Source: Candidatus Poribacteria bacterium (GTDB lineage: Bacteria > Poribacteria > WGA-4E > PCPOR2b). From it: a DNA stretch of 64,000 nt. The notes under the pieces were generated by a model. The model searched no databases and had not been told where the DNA came from. It worked only from the letters and a program-made list of their open reading frames with translations. Location: the NCBI GenBank assembly GCA_965208675.1, contig OZ242351.1, positions 2,528,001-2,592,000 of the forward strand. The letters are read 5' to 3'. The translations under genes were made by a program, and so were the position numbers. Positions 11,223 through 20,724 of this stretch are shown piece after piece. The first letter of the stretch is position 1, and every line of letters starts with the position of its first letter.

Positions 11223-11516
11223 GACGGAATAGGGATTTTCCACCTGCTCAACGGGGACAAGAAACTTCCGACAGAAAAAGTGCCTGATGGCATCGATCCT
11301 GAAGCATGGAACAGTCAAGGAAGCGACGAACACCAGAAGGCACTTGACGCACTAACCACGGTCTGGGGTATATTGCCCGGTCAAACTGGACAAATTAAGT
11401 ACGATTTCAATCAGGGACAGCGTTTTAACCTGTGCGCTACTGGCGATCAATGGGGTGGTACAGAGACCATAAACGCTTTTCATGCTAAGATTTCTGTAAA
11501 AAGGAAATTGAAATGA
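11223..11516 (+). pseudogene. 5'-truncated remnant encoding the C-terminal accessory domain found on the SelN-like paralogues
   Basis: Open frame GIFHLLNGDKKLP..WGILPGQTGQIKYDFNQGQRFNL..INAFHAKISV aligns with the C-terminus of 14694-16232 and of 16764-17258; ATGA overlap with the next gene. Confidence 0.7.
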
Positions 11517-12646
11517 GAACTTCACCAAACAAAATCAAGCTTAATCTCGACAGTAATGCAGAAGTTTCTGTTAAAGGCTTTATCGCTCCGATTGAATACA
11601 CGCAATACAACTTCCATGTTGATTGGGAGGCGTTGGCAAATCTACGGGTTGCTGAGCCAGAAAAGCAGCATTCTGCATCGGTTTTTCAATCTTTTCTGCC
11701 TCCAGAACCGGTTACGGTCGGTGAATGCTGGCAAATCGATGAAGCAGGCGCGCTGGAAATACTAAAACAACTTCACCCGAATCCGAGTTACGATAATGAT
11801 GGTGATTCTTATGGATTGTGGGCGTGTTTGCGCGCTTACAATGATGCGTTCGCTGAAATCGTGTTTCGCATCCATGCACAATTTGCTTTAAATGGCGGCT
11901 TGTTCACACCCTCGCAGTTTGCCGGGAGTCTAGTTGTCGACCGAATCGAAGATAGGGTTGCCCACTTCAAGATGCATGTACCCGAAGGCGTACTGAACTT
12001 CGATGTCTGCTGGGGCGAATATATCGACATCGGCTTTTGCCCGCAAATGGAACTGCATGCTGGGAGGCAAGACGTTGTATTCGGGGCTGAATTTGCTGAA
12101 GCCATCACCCAAGACGAAGCGGCGCACGTTCTAATACTGCGTTTCTACAAGTCCCAGCAAATTCATTGGGTATCGCTGGAAGAAGCGTTGAAAATGGCAC
12201 CGGTGCAACAGCAACCGATTCATGCCATTTCGATTGATGGGCCGCTGGCTGACGAGTCGTGCTGAGGGAGCGGCAAATGCCTGAGGGCAGGTGCTCTCTC
12301 ACACGACCGGGTCATCAAATTCTTGAACGAAAAATTCATCAACACTTGGGCAACAAATGCCGAATTAGGGCGTCATCGTAGCTTGCGAGACCCTATCGCT
12401 AAGAGACGCAAGCGCGAATCCAAGACGTTCGACACCTCCCACCCGTTGGCGCAAGCAATCTTGAAGGGCGGGGAGACAAGTTCACCGGTGGATTGTATGG
12501 TTATATCGCCCGACTTTGAACTGAAAGGGCAACTTCCGCTCAATGAATTCCTTGAGAACACCCGAAGTAAGGGCATTCGCCAAGAGGAGAGTTACCTAAC
12601 GTTTCTCGTGCAATCGTTAGAAGGGAAACAGCCGGGATTGGAGTAA
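11513..12646 (+). CDS. selN: Selenoprotein N-like protein, copy 1 (377 aa; in-frame TGA 12263-12265 read as Sec251)
   Basis: ORFs 11513-12265 and 12323-12646 are in one frame with no other stop; the join reads GPLADESC-U-GSGKCLRAGALSHDRVIKFLNEKFINTW; FRIHAQF, FTPSQFAG and DIGFCPQMEL match animal SelN motifs as recalled. Confidence 0.88.
12263..12301 (+). promoter_or_regulatory. Putative bacterial SECIS hairpin, copy 1
   Basis: TGAGGGAGC/GCTCTCTCA lower stem, TGCC/GGCA upper stem, TGAG loop after a 16-nt spacer from the UGA. Confidence 0.7.
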
Positions 12647-12692
12647 TTGCCAATACCGGCTTTGAGCGAACCTCGTGTGTGGTATAGGACAA

Positions 12693-12835
12693 TTACGGAC
12701 ACCCGCGACTGAACATCAGGATTACAACGTGCGCTAACGATTGGTATCCCAGCCGGCAACGCCAAGCGAGGAGGTTCTTTACGCTTGTACGATAGCGACA
12801 TCGGAATCGCCACAGGGAGCGGAGAACGTAGCTAA
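12693..12835 (+). pseudogene. Decayed C-terminal accessory domain of SelN-like copy 1
   Basis: Pieces LRTPATEHQDYNV and ALTIGIPAGNAKRGGSLRLYDSDIGIATGSGER match FRAPTPDCQDFTV and TLAIDIRVGGAELRGSFYLYDTDVEIPTGRGER in 16764-17258; internal deletion, frameshift and stop. Confidence 0.7.
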
Positions 12836-13038
12836 GACTCCTTTACACGCAGGTTTGCAGTACCGATTCAGTTGCATGAAGGGTAGTTACCAGGTAGGGA
12901 TTAGTAAGTCTAGATATGCCAATCCGGACCAGTCTTTCACCCTACACGTTTACACCCGCAATTGGAAAATTTTTTGGCTGAATAGTCAAATCAGATTTTG
13001 AGGAGTTCGGGTTTTGCCTTGCAATGCCCAAAATATAG

Positions 13039-14196
13039 ATGAAAACTTTCAAAAACAGAATCGCCGTCAATCTTGACGACACAGCAGAAGTGTCCGTGAA
13101 CGGTTTCATCGCGCCGGTTGAGTACTCTGCTGGAGATTTCCATAAGAGGTGGGACGCATTGGCGAATCTAAGGGGCGCTGAGCCAGAGATGCAGTATTCT
13201 GCGTCAGTATTTCGTGCGTTTCTCCCGTCGGGAGCGGTTTCGGTTGGTGAAGTCTGGCGTATTGAGGAAGCGGGGGCACTGGCGTTGTTGAGGCAACTTC
13301 ACCCTAATCCACATCTGGATTTGCACCATGATGCAGGAGACTCCTGTGGATTGTGGGCATGCCTGCGTGCATATAACAATGAACTTGCCCATGTTGTGTT
13401 CCGCATTCATGCAGAATTTGCGTTGACGGACGGCTGGTTCACACCCTCCCAATTTGCCGGGCATCTCGTTATCGATCGAAATGAAGACAAGATTGTGTTT
13501 TTCCAGATGCGCGTACCTGAAGGTATAATGAACTTCGATGCTAATTGGCAAACGACGGAAGAAGGATGGAGACCAGATACGATAATTACCGATACCGGCT
13601 TCTGCCCGCAAATGGAATTACGTGCCGGTATTGAACCCGGTGTGCAGAATCTTGAATTCATAGAAGCTATTACGGAAGAAGAAGCGGCGCACAAGCTGAT
13701 ACTGTGCTTTTACGAATCGGCGCAAATTCATTGGGTATCGCTGGAAGAAGCCTTGAAAACCGCAGCGGTGCAACAGAAGCCGATTCACGCCCTTTCCGTA
13801 GATGGGCCGCTGGCTGACGAGTCGTGCTGAGGCAGCGGCAAACTCCTGAGGGCAGTTGCTTTCTCACACGACCGGGTCATCAAATTCTTGAACGAGAATT
13901 TCATCAACACTTGGGCAACCAATGCCGAATTAGGGCGTAAACCGCAATTACGAGTTCCTATTGCCAAGAGACGCGAGCGCGAATCCAAGACCTTTGACAC
14001 AACGTCCCCCTTGGTACAAGCAATCATGAAGGGCTGGAAGAAAGATTCACCGGTGGATTGTTTGGTTATATCGCCCACCTTTGAACTGAAAGGGAAACTT
14101 CCACTCAATGAATTTACCAGCAACGCCTTGGATGGTGGGAGAACGGCGGCGGAAAACTACCGACTATTTCTAATGGAATCCTTAGAACCTGTTTGA
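13039..14196 (+). CDS. selN: Selenoprotein N-like protein, copy 2 (TGA 13828-13830 read as Sec264); 3' end interrupted at 14184 by a composite transposon
   Basis: ORFs 13039-13830 and 13888-14196 are in one frame; GPLADESC-U-GSGKLLRAVAFSHDRVIKFLNENFINTW; the last codons come from the MITE. Confidence 0.85.
13828..13866 (+). promoter_or_regulatory. Putative bacterial SECIS hairpin, copy 2
   Basis: TGAGGCAGC/GCTTTCTCA lower stem (one mismatch), AACT-CC/GG-c-AGTT upper stem, TGAG loop at the same offset as copy 1. Confidence 0.65.
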
Positions 14197-14313
14197 AAAG
14201 TAACTGGCGGAGCCGTTGTTTGAATATTTGAGCGTCATAATCATCGGATTTTCAAGGCATTTACCCCAAAATGACATCGCCCGATGACGGATTTGGACTT
14301 TTCAAACAGGCTC
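14185..14313 (+). mobile_element. 129-bp MITE, left copy
   Basis: TIRs GAACCTGTTTGAAAAGT / ACTTTTCAAACAGGCTC; flanks TTA and TAA; no transposase. Confidence 0.88.
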
Positions 14314-14693
14314 TAAAGCAATGCACGTATCTCTGAGAAATTTCTCGCTTAATCGCGTAATTTCCGTGAAAAGTGCATCCGAAACTGTGTTGCGGTAAAA
14401 GCTGCATAATAGTCTTCTCAACGGCATTTATACGGACAATACACGTTGCGCAAACATCCATGACAGCGAGAACAAAGATTACGCCGCCATCCATGCATTA
14501 ATCCCTCAATACATGGTTGCAGCGGTTTTTAAAATGTCGTATTATGCGTTAATGGTGACAAATGTCAACTGGTAATTGCTAACATCTACTATGGACAATG
14601 AAAATAGCAGGAAAATATCCGACGCGAGAGTTTCTGTGACCTGACGGTACCGCAAAAAGTTTGATGCAACCCACATTTCATTAGGAGAATTAA

Positions 14694-16232
14694 ATGAGAA
14701 TGGATTTAAATAACGTGCCTCAGTATTCGCGGAGCGTGCAGGTAGAAGCACACTGGGAACCGATTGCGGATTCTACATTTAATCTGCACAAAGAAATCCC
14801 AGAACACGCTGAGTTGTTCGATTTATCTCCAGACTACCCGTTCAAAAAATATGAGTCAGACGCTTTCAAAGCCTTCTTTCCCTCATCATCCGTAGCAGTG
14901 GGAGATGTATGGCAGCTTGATTCGGAGGGAGTTGTTCTGTTCCTTCGCCAATTCCACGCCGGAGCGACGACGAATCTACATCATGGCACGGAAGGTGCCT
15001 TTGCGTGCTTACGCGCCCTTTCGGCGGAATATGCGGAAATTACTTTCCGAATTCATGCGGATTTCGCGTTGTCGAGTATCGCTTATGAAGAATGGACGCG
15101 TGCGAACTCGATGAAAGAGGATGAAGGCAAAGCCCGATTTATTGCATCGCAATTCGCGGGAAAACTAGTCGTTAATCTGATGGATAGGACGGTTCAAGCG
15201 TTTTCACTAGCGTTGCCGCCCCGCAATAGCAACATTGACATCAACGCCTATGGTTGTGCCGATATGGTTTTTGTTCCGCGCATGCAACTCCTCGCCATCG
15301 GCGCCGATGACCATGGTGAAATTACGTGGGACGATTCCATCACTGAAGAAGAGGCGCGCAGGGCGATGGAGTTGAAATTCTATAAGTTCGCTGAGATCGA
15401 ATGGCGGCCGGTTGAAGAAGCGGTCGAACTTGCAAAAAAAACGCGCCGTCCGATCCATGCAATCCTTGTCTGGGGGGCACTGGACGACGAATCTTGCTGA
15501 GCGAACGGCAAACGATTGAGGGCGGGTCCGCTCTCCAATTCAGAAGTGATAAAGACGCTCAATGAGAAGTTTGTAAATACTTGGGTGTTCCTAAGAGAGT
15601 TGCCGGAACTAATACGCGGCGTTAGAGGGGAAGGTGCAAGCCGCGTCGCGGCAAAACTACAAAAACATTATTCCCATTCGGTTGATATATTGGCGCTGAC
15701 CTCAGAGGCAGAAGTGCTGGCGCATCATCCGGAGATGGCACTTCCCTACAGGAACAGGACACAAGCCTATTTAAGGCTGCTTAATCGTTCTCTAGAGGCT
15801 TTTGAAGCAAGGTATTTCTCAGAATTAGGAGCAAGGCCCATCAGTTTGGGGAAAAAACTCAAGGAGGTTTTGCATGTTTTTCGAGCATCCGAAACGCCGG
15901 ATTACACGATCGTTGACATTGACACAACCTCTTTTGAACACGACGGGATACTCTACATTGAGATACAGGTCGGTGGGGGCGAGGCGGCAGGGACGTTTGA
16001 ATTGTTCGATGGTGACACGGAACTTGTTACAGATGAATCTCCTGATGAAGCACTGGCTGGAGCGTGGAATGTCCCTCCCGGTGGAACAGGTCATATCATT
16101 CACAACTTCAAACGAGGGCAGCGTTTTAAGTTGAGGGCTAATGGGAGTAGGTCAAGCAAGGAGGGGTGCATCAACGCTTTTAGTGCGTATATTTCTGTCG
16201 TGCCGGAGTCTGAAGAATACGGGGAGTGGTGA
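14694..16232 (+). CDS. selN: Selenoprotein N-like protein, copy 3 (512 aa; TGA 15498-15500 read as Sec269) with intact C-terminal accessory domain
   Basis: ORFs 14694-15500 and 15516-16232 are in one frame; HAILVWGALDDESC-U-ANGKRLRAGPLSNSEVIKTLNEKFVNTW against recalled human [22 protein letters not shown]; AGGAG RBS. Confidence 0.9.
15498..15533 (+). promoter_or_regulatory. Putative bacterial SECIS hairpin, copy 3
   Basis: GAGCGAAC/GTCCGCTC lower stem (7 of 8 pairs), weak CGAT/GGCG upper stem, TGAG loop at the same offset. Confidence 0.55.
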
Positions 16233-16239
16233 CGCTTAG

Positions 16240-16634
16240 CTAGACCTCAACACGGACAAAAGCGAGATACGCACCCGATACAAGAACAACGACAAACAGC
16301 GCTAACAACAGTAAATCTATCGCCGTGGCGTTGAAATCACGGCTGAGATTGAGTGTATCTTCAAACTTTGGATTCGACTCCGGACTGACGCGTTTCTGCG
16401 ACATTCCCTCGCCAACGCCTATGATATTAAGACTTTCCGGGTCAGCCCTATCCGTGTCAAGGACAAATTCGCGGAATTGGCGGGCGTAACCTTGGACATT
16501 TTCCAAGAATTGCAAATGGCGATTAAATCCGGTTGCCGCAAACGATTCCAGAAGGTGCTGGACAAGCACTACTGGGGAAACACGGGTTGTTGGGCGGTCG
16601 GTTAACGGAAATTTCACCGGCGGAATAGGTCTTA
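16240..16634 (-). pseudogene. C-terminal fragment of a membrane protein (ABC permease-like), cut by the MITE
   Basis: TRVSPVVLVQHLLESFAATG..terminal TM helix ending YLAFVRVEV; the predicted start lies inside the MITE. Confidence 0.55.
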
Positions 16635-16763
16635 GAGCCTGTTTGAAAAGTCCAAATCCGTAATCGGGCGATGTCATTTTGGGGTAAATGCCTTGAAAAT
16701 CCGATGATTATGACGCTCAAATATTCAAACAACGGCTCCGCCAGTTACTTTTCAAACAGGTTC
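16635..16763 (-). mobile_element. 129-bp MITE, right copy (inverted)
   Basis: Reverse complement of 14185-14313 with one substitution seen. Confidence 0.88.
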
Positions 16764-17258
16764 TTAGAGGGGAAACGTCCCGGGTTGAGTCGAGATAATT
16801 CTTTCGGATATTTATTTGGCGAAGTAGATGATAGCGCCGTGGAACCGCTCTTAAGTGATTTAAACGTTGTCCTCAACAATGCGCAACCCTCGTTGGAAGT
16901 GTTGGATGTTTTTCGGGCTCCAACACCGGATTGTCAGGATTTCACTGTCGTAAAAATTGATGCCACGGCGTTTAAAACCGGTGGGACGCTAGCAATTGAT
17001 ATCCGAGTCGGCGGCGCCGAACTGAGAGGTTCTTTCTATTTATACGATACCGATGTTGAAATCCCTACAGGGCGCGGGGAGCGTTACTATCACTCGTTCG
17101 CCAATGCGACGGATATGCCTCCCAGGGGAGCAGCGCAAATCCAGTATCCTTTCTATCGACCTCAGGTGTTCAAGCTGGTAGTTGCCGCGGAGCCGGAAAA
17201 TGGGGACGGGAGTGTCAACGCCTTTCATGCGAGAATTTCTGTAGAGCAGGCAAATTGA
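16764..17258 (+). pseudogene. Displaced 3' part of SelN-like copy 2 (linker plus accessory domain)
   Basis: Begins LEGKRPGL (copy 1 has LEGKQPGL) exactly at the TTA duplication; homologous to the C-terminus of copy 3. Confidence 0.85.
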
Positions 17259-17892
17259 ACTTGCGAGACAGGTGGTTGAGTCATCCACCATTAAGTTACC
17301 TGATGTCGGGAAAAGTCTCCGGTTTTTGCGTGATTTTAGATACGGTGGAGATGAGCCACGGAGCGCGGATTTGGTACGTTTGCGGCGACCGTATTACACG
17401 CTTGATTGGTTTCTCTGAGGGCGGAGCAAGTGGATTCCCATTGCACCGTTCAACACCGGTAGCAGCGCATCGAAGAATGTCCACACCAGCGAACGGACAT
17501 CTGCGCTGACCGCGGTAAAATCTTTTGCAGCCTTGCTGATGCCGAACCAGTTCCAGAAAAAGAGTATGGCAGCGAACACGAACCCGTAGAACAGCGCGTT
17601 GGCTGCCGCAGGGCAGACGACGGCAGAAGGATCTCGAAATCGGTCAGAGGCGTAAGCGCACTTCCGCAATCGCCAATAGGAACCGAGTCTTTATTTACTA
17701 GTAAAGGGGATTGATTTAGCTGTTGCTTCTGTTACGACTTTATGGTTTCAGTATTGCACCAAATGTTGTGGTAGTTCGGCTTGCTACCCAATCGACTTCT
17801 TACCGGCATACGCAGCAGTTTAAATCAAAAACAGAGTATAGTCTGCAGCAGTCATTGGATGGGGCGAAGTAACTCCGTTTCTAAATGACCGA

Positions 17893-20246
17893 TCATTCTA
17901 CGCCGTTGAGTTCTGGCAGTTTATTCGCATCAATCGCCACACGGAAACCGGTAAAGGACTGGCGTACGTCGGACGGACTCAATCCATTTCTTACGATGCT
18001 GTAGACACGCGCATCCATGCAGCGTACGTCGTCCGTATAATCCCGCCATGAACTACCTCGCACGACTCTACCGCGCAAACCGTTGACGCCGATACCCCAG
18101 CCGTCAACCCATTCACGGACATTCCCAGCCATATCGAGGACGCCATAGGCACTCGCCCCTGCAGGCGCGCTGCCGACATTTCGTGTACCGAATTCCACCA
18201 TTTGGGTTTCAAACAACATACTGCCTCCCGGTTTCTGCTCAACAGTGTAGCCGCGAAACACTCCATATTTTCCCAATTCTGCTTCCACTTCTGCTTCAGT
18301 TCTCCTGCCACTTAGGGTTGCCTTCGGCAAATAATTGCCCCAAGGATACGTCCTTCCATCAGTTCCTCGCGCCGCTTTTTCCCATTCCAACTCCGTCGGA
18401 AGCCGAAAACCTGCCCGTTGGCAGAACGCTTTAGCGTCTGCATAGTTGACTCCAACGACCGGCTGACTTGGCGCGTTGTACAGTTCATTATCCCAAAAGA
18501 CAGGCGCGGGATACCCCTTTGCGTCGATAAACCGCTTGTATTGAACGTTTGTCAACTCGTATTTGGCGATGTAAAATTCTCCTGTGAGCCGTTTCTCGTT
18601 CAATTCTCCGTAGAGAAATTCCCCAGCGGGAACGTAGACTAATTCAATCCCTTTGTGCTGTGTCTCCCTAACTTTATGCGGTTTGAGGGCGCGATCATCA
18701 TATGGAATCTGTATCCCACGCTCGTAGTCTTCGATTGAATAACGGCGGTCATTTCGTCCATCATACACCCACGTATTCGACGGCAGATTCAGGCTACGAA
18801 CGTCGAACAGCTCCTTCGGTAGATTGGCATTAATCTGGAAGTCTTCAAACGTAATCCGGATTTCCTCAATAACGTCATCGGGTTGTTCGGAGAGTCGAAG
18901 CGTTTCAACAGCGGTGCGAGGAAACCAACTTCCATCGGCAAACTGGCGATAGGTTATATCTAAGGTAACAAAATTGTTACTATGGCGAGTCTCCAAGCGA
19001 CGAGGACGATAGCCTTGTTCAGGGTCAATCCAAAACCGGCGTTCGCTATGATCAGTGGTTTGGACAACGTAACACCAACTATCCCCAATCTTTTCGTGCC
19101 CGATTACGTCCGTGCCGTGATGCTTAATATACTCACCAATACGAACACGCCTGTTGCCGATATACAAGTTCATCCCCCACGTAAAGCGAATCCAACTGGC
19201 AAGCGATAAGGTATACTTAGGCTCATGATGATCCAAATTAACGCTCACGCCTTGGTTGGGCTCAAACAGAATGTCCTTTTCACCATCATAAATCTGCTGT
19301 TTGCTGATATGCGGTTCGCCTTGCCACTGTAAGATGTCGTCTTGCCGAAAACGATTCTTAGCGAACGCGAAAAAATATCGGTCTGGGGCAAGAAACTGAT
19401 TCTTGATAACCAAATAACCCATCCCATTTCTGATTTTCTCACCGTTTTTCCGAATCTCCGCGACAAGCTCACCAAGCGTCGGAAGTTCGTCAGCATCAAC
19501 TTGAAGCGGCGTCTTATCGTCCTGCGCAATGGCGCCACCAACCAAGTTGACATTCCGATAAGAATTCGGTTCTTGTGAGAATTGGTTGTCACCCGTACCG
19601 ATTCCCAAGCTGACCATACAGAGAATCGTCAACCCGGCAAGCGACATTGAAAGCGGGGCGCTCCAACTTGGCTTTGTCGAAGGTTGATGGGGTATTATCC
19701 CTTCCTGTTGGATGGATTTCAGCAAATCGAACGTGAAAGTCCCTTTGAGCCGGTGTTCAGGCTTTTTGCGCGCGCAGATGTACCGAAATACCGCCCTATC
19801 TCCTTGCACGTCAATCCGTGCATGTAATGCAGCGTCAAAACTTGTTGATCGCTCTCTGACAGCTCCGCAATTACACTCCGTACTGTGCGTTTCAGTTCAT
19901 CGTCCTGATAAGACTCCGCCGCCTTCTCTTCCAGCGCTTGGGGCCTTACCCTGTCAATCGGCACCTCATGTTTTGCGCTTCTCGACATGCGCCGCATCCT
20001 ATCGCGGCAACAGTTCACCGTAATAGTGTAAAGCCAGCCAGAGAAATTATAAGGTCGTCGAAACGCGCCCAAGTTTTGATAGGCTTTAAGAAAGACCTCC
20101 TGCGTTACGTCTTCGGCATCGGTGTGATTGCCAAGTTTGCGGCGGGCGATTCCGTATACGGCAGCTTTGTGGCGATCAACAAGAACACCGAAAGCGGTAT
20201 CGTCCCCCGCAAGGGATTCCCGGACAAGCATTTCATCTCGATTCAC
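17893..20246 (-). pseudogene. Frameshifted ECF sigma - TM - LolA-like - formylglycine-generating enzyme (SUMF1/FGE) domain fusion
   Basis: ECF frame from GTG 20246 (GGAGG RBS) breaks inside sigma4 at GTSARA; the other frame continues ARKKPEHRL.., a TM helix, WIDPEQGY, then RLPTELEWEKAARG and DMAGNVREW. Confidence 0.75.
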
Positions 20247-20724
20247 GTAAAGTCCTCCTCGCAATTCACGCGCTCTATCATATAAAACGCCAAAGAAGCG
20301 GCAATCCTCACACAAAAACTGCATCGGCGGAGCCTGTGCATAAAATATTACCATTTCTCCACAAGAATGTGACAATATTCTGTAAGGATAAATCATTGTG
20401 TCTGTTCAAGCAGTACACACGGGAAGGTGTCCCTAGAATGAACGCGTTATCTTCATACGAAAATGGTATAATGATTGTCTGATACGGGAGAACCTATTTT
20501 ACAGTTGTGGGTTTGTATCACACAAAACAATTACATGTCAGTACGGCGTTGACTATCCTGCACTAAAACTGGAATTGAGCAAACGTCAATATCGGGCGAT
20601 CGATAGAGAAGATGTCGCGCTCCTTGAGATAAGTGTTTCACATTGAGGTGCGCATAACGTTCAGTCGCACGGTACGCAATAGGCATACATTTTTTGGAAG
20701 GTTGATAAAAAGAGGAGATACGCT

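Larger units (their letters stand above)
14185..16763. mobile_element. Non-autonomous composite transposon (2579 bp) bounded by two inverted MITEs
   Basis: TTA at 14182-14184 and 16764-16766; removing it restores the frame MESLEGKRPGL of SelN-like copy 2. Confidence 0.85.

Noticed and set aside
11513-16232. Genome-wide TGA reassignment (code 4 or 25), or three independent nonsense mutations
   Set aside because: argG, hmuU, hmuV and others end normally at TGA, and Trp is TGG. The three TGAs occupy the same aligned position, matching the SelN Sec, in otherwise diverged paralogues.
12323-16232. ORFs 12323-12646, 13888-14196 and 15516-16232 as separate genes
   Set aside because: All start at TTG within a conserved region, in frame with the upstream ORF; they are best read as the post-Sec halves.
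16671-16763. ATG 16671 as the true start of a 195-aa gene
   Set aside because: The first 31 codons are MITE sequence; homology begins at the TTA duplication.
17394-17669. Hydrophobic minus-strand ORF
   Set aside because: It may be a membrane-gene fragment, but it has no clear start, RBS or family motif, so it was not called.
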